A DNA stretch of 64,000 nt from an uncultured Rhodobacteraceae bacterium (GTDB lineage Bacteria > Pseudomonadota > Alphaproteobacteria > Rhodobacterales > Rhodobacteraceae), in contig CANLDN010000008.1 in the NCBI GenBank assembly GCA_947489445.1, positions 14,614-78,613 on the forward strand, given 5' to 3'. Below are positions 58,705-64,000 of this stretch, one piece after another (the first letter of the stretch is position 1; every line of letters starts with the position of its first letter). The notes beneath the pieces are model-generated. The model was not told the origin of the DNA and searched no databases. It saw only the letters and a program-made list of their open reading frames with translations. Both the position numbers and the translations under genes were made by a program.

Positions 58705-59777
58705 TTGTTGATACCGCCCTTTGGTCATCGCTGCCTGTCCCGGCTTTGATGCTGGACGCCGACGATATCATCATCTCGAGCAATCCGGCGGCAGAGAGCT
58801 TTTTGAACATGTCAGCCAAGGCGCTGACCGGGCAGAAGCTGTGGGAGCAGGTGATGATTGATGCGCCGCTTGAGGCGCCATTTGCGCGGGCCCGCAAAAA
58901 CCGCACCTCGCTATTTGTGAATGATGTAGATGTCGGCAGTGGTGAACGTGCGCCGATGCTGTGTAATCTGCAGTTTGCCCCCCTACAAGGGACTGACGAA
59001 ACGATGATCGTCATGATCAGCCCGCGCGAGATTGCGAGCCGGATCAATCAACATCATTCGTCCGAGAAGGCGGCAAAGTCCGCAATTGGCATGGCCGAGA
59101 TGCTGGCCCATGAAATCAAGAATCCGCTTGCGGGCATAACAGGTGCCGCACAGCTATTGTCGATGGGGTTATCACCCGAAGATCAGGAAATGACGGACCT
59201 GATCGTTGAGGAAAGCCGCCGGATTGTGAAGCTGCTGGAGCAGGTGGAACAGTTTGGCAATTTGCGCCCACCCGTGCTGAAACCAGTTAATATTCATGAT
59301 GTGTTGGATCGCGCGCGCCAGTCTGCCGCTGTGGGTTTCGGCGCGCATATGCTGTTTATCGAAGAATACGACCCATCGCTGCCACGCACGATGGCCGATG
59401 CGGACCAGCTTTTGCAGGTGTTTTTGAACCTGCTCAAGAATGCGTCGGAGGCAAATAAAGACGGTGGCGCGGTCCGGTTGCATACCTTTTATGAAACGTC
59501 TTTGCGGGTGCGCCGGTCCGATGGCACGCAAGCCCGCCTTCCGTTGCAGGTTGAAATTATTGACGATGGCCCCGGGTTGCCGCCCGAGATTGCCGATGAT
59601 GTGTTTGAGCCGTTCGTTTCTGGTAAAGAGAATGGCACTGGGCTTGGTCTTGCGCTGGTTTCAAAATTAATCGGGGACGCAGGCGGATGGATTTCTGTTG
59701 ATAGCGTACCGGGACGAACCGTGTTTCGTATTTCACTGCCGATCGCACCCAAAGACACCCAAACAGGAGAAGACTGA
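58701..59777 (+). CDS. ntrB: Nitrogen regulation sensor histidine kinase NtrB
   Basis: PAS domain, [25 protein letters not shown] and GTGLGL motifs. Confidence 0.95.
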   Translation: MIVDTALWSSLPVPALMLDADDIIISSNPAAESFLNMSAKALTGQKLWEQVMIDAPLEAPFARARKNRTSLFVNDVDVGSGERAPMLCNLQFAPLQGTDETMIVMISPREIASRINQHHSSEKAAKSAIGMAEMLAHEIKNPLAGITGAAQLLSMGLSPEDQEMTDLIVEESRRIVKLLEQVEQFGNLRPPVLKPVNIHDVLDRARQSAAVGFGAHMLFIEEYDPSLPRTMADADQLLQVFLNLLKNASEANKDGGAVRLHTFYETSLRVRRSDGTQARLPLQVEIIDDGPGLPPEIADDVFEPFVSGKENGTGLGLALVSKLIGDAGGWISVDSVPGRTVFRISLPIAPKDTQTGED

Positions 59778-61150
59778 TGGACGGAACCGTTCTAGTTGCT
59801 GATGATGACCGGACAATCCGGACGGTTTTGACCCAGGCGCTGACACGCGCCGGATGCAAGGTGCATGCAACATCGTCACTTGTCACCCTGATGCGGTGGG
59901 TCGATGAGGGGAAGGGCGACCTTGTGATCTCTGATGTGGTGATGCCGGACGGGAATGGCTTGGATCAACTCCCACAGATTTCTGAGGCGCGCCCGGGTTT
60001 GCCTGTCATTGTGATTTCAGCGCAGAACACCATCATGACCGCCATTCAGGCGGCAGAGGCGGATGCGTATGACTATCTGCCCAAGCCCTTTGATCTGCCG
60101 GACCTGATGAAACGGGCGGCCCGCGCGTTAGAGGTGAAACGCCGGGCGCCAACAACTCGCAGCCCCGACGTTGCATCGACGGAGCAGGGGGGCGATTTGC
60201 CGTTGGTTGGTCGCACGGCTGTGATGCAAGCGCTTTATCGTCTTGTGGCACGGGTGATGAACACGCAGTTGCCCGTGTTGATTACTGGCGAGAGTGGGAC
60301 GGGTAAGTCGTTGATTGCCCGCGCTGTGCATGATTTTTCTGATCGGCGCAGCCTGCCCTTCGTGGTGGTGTCAGCGAACGATCTTGAGGGGATGGATGGC
60401 CCGTCGACCGTGTTGAGCCGCGCAAAAGGTGGATCAATCCTGTTTGATGAGGTCAGCGACCTGACGGACGAAGCACAGGGCCGCATTGTCCGGATGCTGG
60501 ACAGTCTGGGCGATAATGCACCGCGGATCATGGCGACCTCGCAATCTGATCTGATGGCGCGGATGGAAGACGGCAGCTTTCGCGAAGACCTGTTTTACCG
60601 ACTTGGCGGTGTAACCGTTGATGTCCCGTCATTGCGCGAACGGGTTGATGACATTCCCCTATTGGCTGAGCATTTTCTGGCACGCGCGGAACGGGATGGC
60701 GCTCCCGTCCGCCGGTTTGGCGATGCTGCACTGGATCTGGTCCGTGCGTATAGTTGGCCCGGAAATGTGCGCCAACTGGAAAATGCTGTGCGCCGGTTGG
60801 TGTTCACCGCTGCAGAGGATGAGATTGCACGGGCTGAAGTTGAAATGGTTCTGGGCAACCAGCCGGCGATTGAGCCGTTGCGATCAGGTGGGGAAGGTGA
60901 AAAATTGTCAGCCAGCGTGGGCAAGCATTTGCGTCGATATTTTGACCTGCATGGTGGTGTTTTGCCGCCCCCCGGCCTTTATAACCGAATCCTGAAAGAG
61001 GTAGAGGCCCCGCTGATCGAGATTGCATTGGATGCAACAGGTGGAAATCAGGCAAAATGCGCTGATTTATTGGGGATAAACCGCAATACATTGCGCAAGA
61101 AAATCACTGACCTCGATATCCGCGTGACACGCCGCCGTAAGTTGATGTAA
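59777..61150 (+). CDS. ntrC: Nitrogen regulation response regulator NtrC (Rhodobacter-type, lacking GAFTGA)
   Basis: Receiver domain (SDVVMPD), [31 protein letters not shown] and Fis-type HTH. Confidence 0.95.
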   Translation: MDGTVLVADDDRTIRTVLTQALTRAGCKVHATSSLVTLMRWVDEGKGDLVISDVVMPDGNGLDQLPQISEARPGLPVIVISAQNTIMTAIQAAEADAYDYLPKPFDLPDLMKRAARALEVKRRAPTTRSPDVASTEQGGDLPLVGRTAVMQALYRLVARVMNTQLPVLITGESGTGKSLIARAVHDFSDRRSLPFVVVSANDLEGMDGPSTVLSRAKGGSILFDEVSDLTDEAQGRIVRMLDSLGDNAPRIMATSQSDLMARMEDGSFREDLFYRLGGVTVDVPSLRERVDDIPLLAEHFLARAERDGAPVRRFGDAALDLVRAYSWPGNVRQLENAVRRLVFTAAEDEIARAEVEMVLGNQPAIEPLRSGGEGEKLSASVGKHLRRYFDLHGGVLPPPGLYNRILKEVEAPLIEIALDATGGNQAKCADLLGINRNTLRKKITDLDIRVTRRRKLM

Positions 61151-61205
61151 AACCGCAACATAACCGTGGCACCGTTGCGTCAGCGTATCGGAAAGACCAC
61201 AGATT

Positions 61206-63503
61206 TTGGCGGTACCGTGGGGCTTGCCCCACCTCAATGACAGGGCTTTGCGCGTGCGGCGTACCCTTTTGGGATTAAATCTGACACGTCTGAGCCGTTG
61301 GCAACGCCAGCGTAGCATTCAGAATGCGTTCACGATCGGGCTGGTGCTGCTTGGCCCGCTTTTGGCTGCCGCCACATATCTAATTATTGGGCCATTCAGC
61401 CAAGGTGCCGCGTCGCCCTTGTTGCGCGTCGTATTGCTGGCCGATCTGATTTACGTGCTGATTGTTATGGCGCTTGTCATGCGGCAGGTCGCCCGGATGG
61501 TGGCCGCACGGCGTGCGAAATCGGCGGGATCACGGTTGCACCTGCGGTTGACGGGCGTTTTTGCGCTGTCAGCGCTGATCCCTACAGTGCTTGTCGCGGT
61601 GTTTTCGGTTCTTCTGATCTCACTTGGGTTGGATGGTTTGTTTTCGGAGCCGGTCGGGAACGTGCTGCGAACATCACTGACAACAGCAAAAGCCTATGAA
61701 GAAGAACACCGCCGTGAATTGACCCGTGATGGTCGGGCCCTGGCCGCGTATCTGAACCGCGAACGGCGGGCAAATTTGTTCATGGATGATGGCGAAGTAC
61801 GCTGGGCACTTGGTGAAGTGCAAGCGCAGATTGAGCGCGGTCTGAGCGAAGCCTTCGTGATTGATGGGCTTGGCAATATCGCAGCACGTGGTGCGCGATC
61901 ATACGAATTTGGGTATGAGCGCCCTGATGCTGCAGCTTTTGTTGAAGCTGATGACAAGGGTCTTGTGATCGTCGAAGACCTTGAAAACAATGAGTTTCGG
62001 GCCTTGATCCCGTTACCGGCCTTCCGCGATCGTTATCTTTATGTCACCCGCTTGGTCGACGGCAATGTGTTGTCTTTGCTCGATGATACCACCGAAACCG
62101 TTGAACAGTATGAACAACTGGCCAACGAGCGTGGTGGATTGCTGTTTCAATTCGGCCTTTTGTACCTTGGATTTGCGGTCGTCCTGATCCTGGGTGCGAT
62201 CTGGGGCGGGTTGTGGTTTGCCGAACGCCTGTCGCGGCCGGTGGGGCGGCTGGTTTCTGCGTCCCAGCGGGTGGGTTCGGGCGATCTGGATGTCCGCGTG
62301 ATTGAAGATGATGGCGATGATGAGATCGCGCAGTTGGGCCATTATTTCAATCAGATGACGGGGCGCCTGAAAGGGCAGCGTGATGAATTGCTGGAGACGA
62401 ACCGCCTGACGGAACGTCGGCGGCGCTTGTTTGATTCCGTGTTGAGTTCGGTGACCTCTGGTGTGGTCGGCTTGGATGAGGCGGGGCGGGTGACATTTGT
62501 GAACCCGTCGGCCCGCAGGTTGCTATCGGTGGGTCAGGATCAGGCGGATAGCGCACTGTCCGTAGCCATTCCGGAATTTGCTGCGTTGTTTGAGCAGGTA
62601 CGCAGCGCCGATAGCGACAGCGTGCAGGAACAGGTCAACCTGATCCGCAAAGGTCAGCAAGAAAGCCTGTTGGTCCGTATGTCACCCCGCCGCAACGCTG
62701 ATGGTGCGTTGGAGGGTTACGTAGTGGCCTTTGATGACGTGACTGATCTGGTCAGCGCGCAGCGGATGGCGGCCTGGGGGGATGTGGCCCGTCGGATCGC
62801 GCATGAGATCAAGAACCCACTGACACCAATCCAATTGTCGGCAGAGCGTATCAAGCGCAAATTCAGCGGGCAGGTGGGTCACGAGTCCGATAAACTGGAT
62901 CAAATGACTGATGTGATTGTACGTCAAACCAATGACTTGCGTCGCATTGTTGATGAGTTTTCCAAATTTGCGCGCATGCCAGAGCCACAGCTGAAAGTGA
63001 GCGACTTGACCAAATTGGTCGGCGATGCCGTCGCTTTGCAAAAGGCAGGGCAACCCGATGTCAAAATTCGGGCCGACCTGCCGGTTGAGGCTGTATTGGC
63101 AGAGTTGGATGGCACAATGATCAGCCAGGCATTGACCAATCTGATAAAGAACGCGGGCGAGGCGACCGAGACTTATATCGATAAGCGGGGCGGCGACGGT
63201 TATGTGCCGCAAATCAAGGTGGCGATGCGCCGCGAGGATGGTGTTGTGTCAATTGTCATTCAGGACAACGGGATCGGTCTGCCAGAGGATCGCGCCCGTC
63301 TGTTTGAACCTTATGTGACGACACGTGACAAGGGAACGGGCCTGGGGCTGCCCATTGTCAAAAAGATCATCGAAGAACATAGCGGCACGTTAACGCTGAC
63401 CGATGCCGAAATTTTCGAAGGGCAAGACCATGCCGGGGCTTGTGCCATAATCGAACTTCCAGTGATGCGCGCGCATACACAGGCAACAAAAATACCAGCA
63501 TGA
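61206..63503 (+). CDS. ntrY: Sensor histidine kinase NtrY
   Basis: TM helices, HAMP (DDEIAQL), [25 protein letters not shown] and GTGLGL. Start uncertain. Confidence 0.93.
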   Translation: MAVPWGLPHLNDRALRVRRTLLGLNLTRLSRWQRQRSIQNAFTIGLVLLGPLLAAATYLIIGPFSQGAASPLLRVVLLADLIYVLIVMALVMRQVARMVAARRAKSAGSRLHLRLTGVFALSALIPTVLVAVFSVLLISLGLDGLFSEPVGNVLRTSLTTAKAYEEEHRRELTRDGRALAAYLNRERRANLFMDDGEVRWALGEVQAQIERGLSEAFVIDGLGNIAARGARSYEFGYERPDAAAFVEADDKGLVIVEDLENNEFRALIPLPAFRDRYLYVTRLVDGNVLSLLDDTTETVEQYEQLANERGGLLFQFGLLYLGFAVVLILGAIWGGLWFAERLSRPVGRLVSASQRVGSGDLDVRVIEDDGDDEIAQLGHYFNQMTGRLKGQRDELLETNRLTERRRRLFDSVLSSVTSGVVGLDEAGRVTFVNPSARRLLSVGQDQADSALSVAIPEFAALFEQVRSADSDSVQEQVNLIRKGQQESLLVRMSPRRNADGALEGYVVAFDDVTDLVSAQRMAAWGDVARRIAHEIKNPLTPIQLSAERIKRKFSGQVGHESDKLDQMTDVIVRQTNDLRRIVDEFSKFARMPEPQLKVSDLTKLVGDAVALQKAGQPDVKIRADLPVEAVLAELDGTMISQALTNLIKNAGEATETYIDKRGGDGYVPQIKVAMRREDGVVSIVIQDNGIGLPEDRARLFEPYVTTRDKGTGLGLPIVKKIIEEHSGTLTLTDAEIFEGQDHAGACAIIELPVMRAHTQATKIPA

Positions 63504-63510
63504 GGACGAG

Positions 63511-64000
63511 ATGATGGGCGATATTCTAATCACTGATGACGAACGTGATATCCGAGAGCTGATTTCAGAAATCCTGCAAGATGAAGGGTTTACGACCCGC
63601 CTTGCGGGGACATCGGATGAATGTATGGCGCAGATAGCAGCCGAGCCGCCTGCGCTGATGATCTTGGATATTTGGCTCAAAGACAGCAGCATGGACGGGA
63701 TCGATATACTCAAGGCCGTCAAGCGTGATCACCCCGACATTCCGATCGTGATCATCTCTGGGCACGGCAATATCGAAATTGCGGTCGCTGCGATCAAACA
63801 GGGCGCCTACGACTTTATTGAAAAGCCGTTCAATATCGATCAGCTGATGGTGGTGATCCGGCGGGCAATGGAAACATCGCGCTTGCGCCGCGAGAACCTT
63901 GAGCTGAGACGCGGAGATGTCGCCAGCGCCGATATGTTGGGCGATAGTGCAGCGTTCCGAATGTTGAAATCGCAATTGGACAAGGTGACCAAATCCAATG
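63511..64000 (+). CDS. ntrX: Response regulator NtrX, 3'-truncated by the window edge
   Basis: Manual translation MMGDILITDDERDIRELISEILQDEGF...LDIWLKDSSMDG...ISGHGNIEIAVAAIKQGAYDFIEKPF; follows ntrY. Confidence 0.93.
   Translation, partial: MMGDILITDDERDIRELISEILQDEGFTTRLAGTSDECMAQIAAEPPALMILDIWLKDSSMDGIDILKAVKRDHPDIPIVIISGHGNIEIAVAAIKQGAYDFIEKPFNIDQLMVVIRRAMETSRLRRENLELRRGDVASADMLGDSAAFRMLKSQLDKVTKSN

Noticed and set aside
1-64000. rRNA, tRNA, CRISPR arrays, transposases, prophage genes
   Set aside because: None recognised: no intergenic gap shows a cloverleaf or repeat-spacer periodicity, and no ORF has transposase or phage structural motifs.

Overview
A gene-dense, mostly core-chromosomal window from a marine Rhodobacterales (Roseobacter-group, Yoonia/Loktanella-like) alphaproteobacterium. 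Core content: lpxD-acp-fabF, ialB, a DUF853/HerA-like ATPase, ggt, corC, xerD, aroK-aroB, ssb, a lytic transglycosylase, a peptide/nickel-family ABC operon with an AraC regulator, miaA, pyrH, frr-uppS-cdsA-dxr-rseP-bamA-skp-fabZ-lpxA-lpxI-lpxB, two DMT exporters, a FadL-type porin, guaA, an MttB-family methyltransferase, the gene-transfer-agent activator locus (gafA-like gene plus a divergent DUF6477 gene), lipA, a GAF-EAL phosphodiesterase, hpt, a Coq10-like gene, a PrpD-family gene, amtB, cinA-pgpA-ispDF and dusB-ntrB-ntrC-ntrY-ntrX(partial). The most notable accessory element is a ~4 kb insertion splitting pyrH from frr. It holds a membrane-anchored pentapeptide-repeat gene and, on the opposite strand, an operon with the layout of an orphan type VI secretion effector module: a DUF4123-like adaptor, a His-Glu-Cys papain/NlpC-P60-like (TseH-like) effector and two paralogous membrane-anchored candidate immunity proteins. 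No VgrG, PAAR or core T6SS genes occur in the window. Other highlights are a probable alpha-r8/SuhB(MmgR)-like sRNA behind a perfect FNR box with a second convergent copy of its motif, several small membrane-protein ORFs missed by the ORF track, a catalytically degenerate zinc-peptidase homologue, and NtrC and CtrA sites. No rRNA, tRNA, CRISPR array or transposase was seen. All family assignments come from motif recognition by eye, not from database searches.
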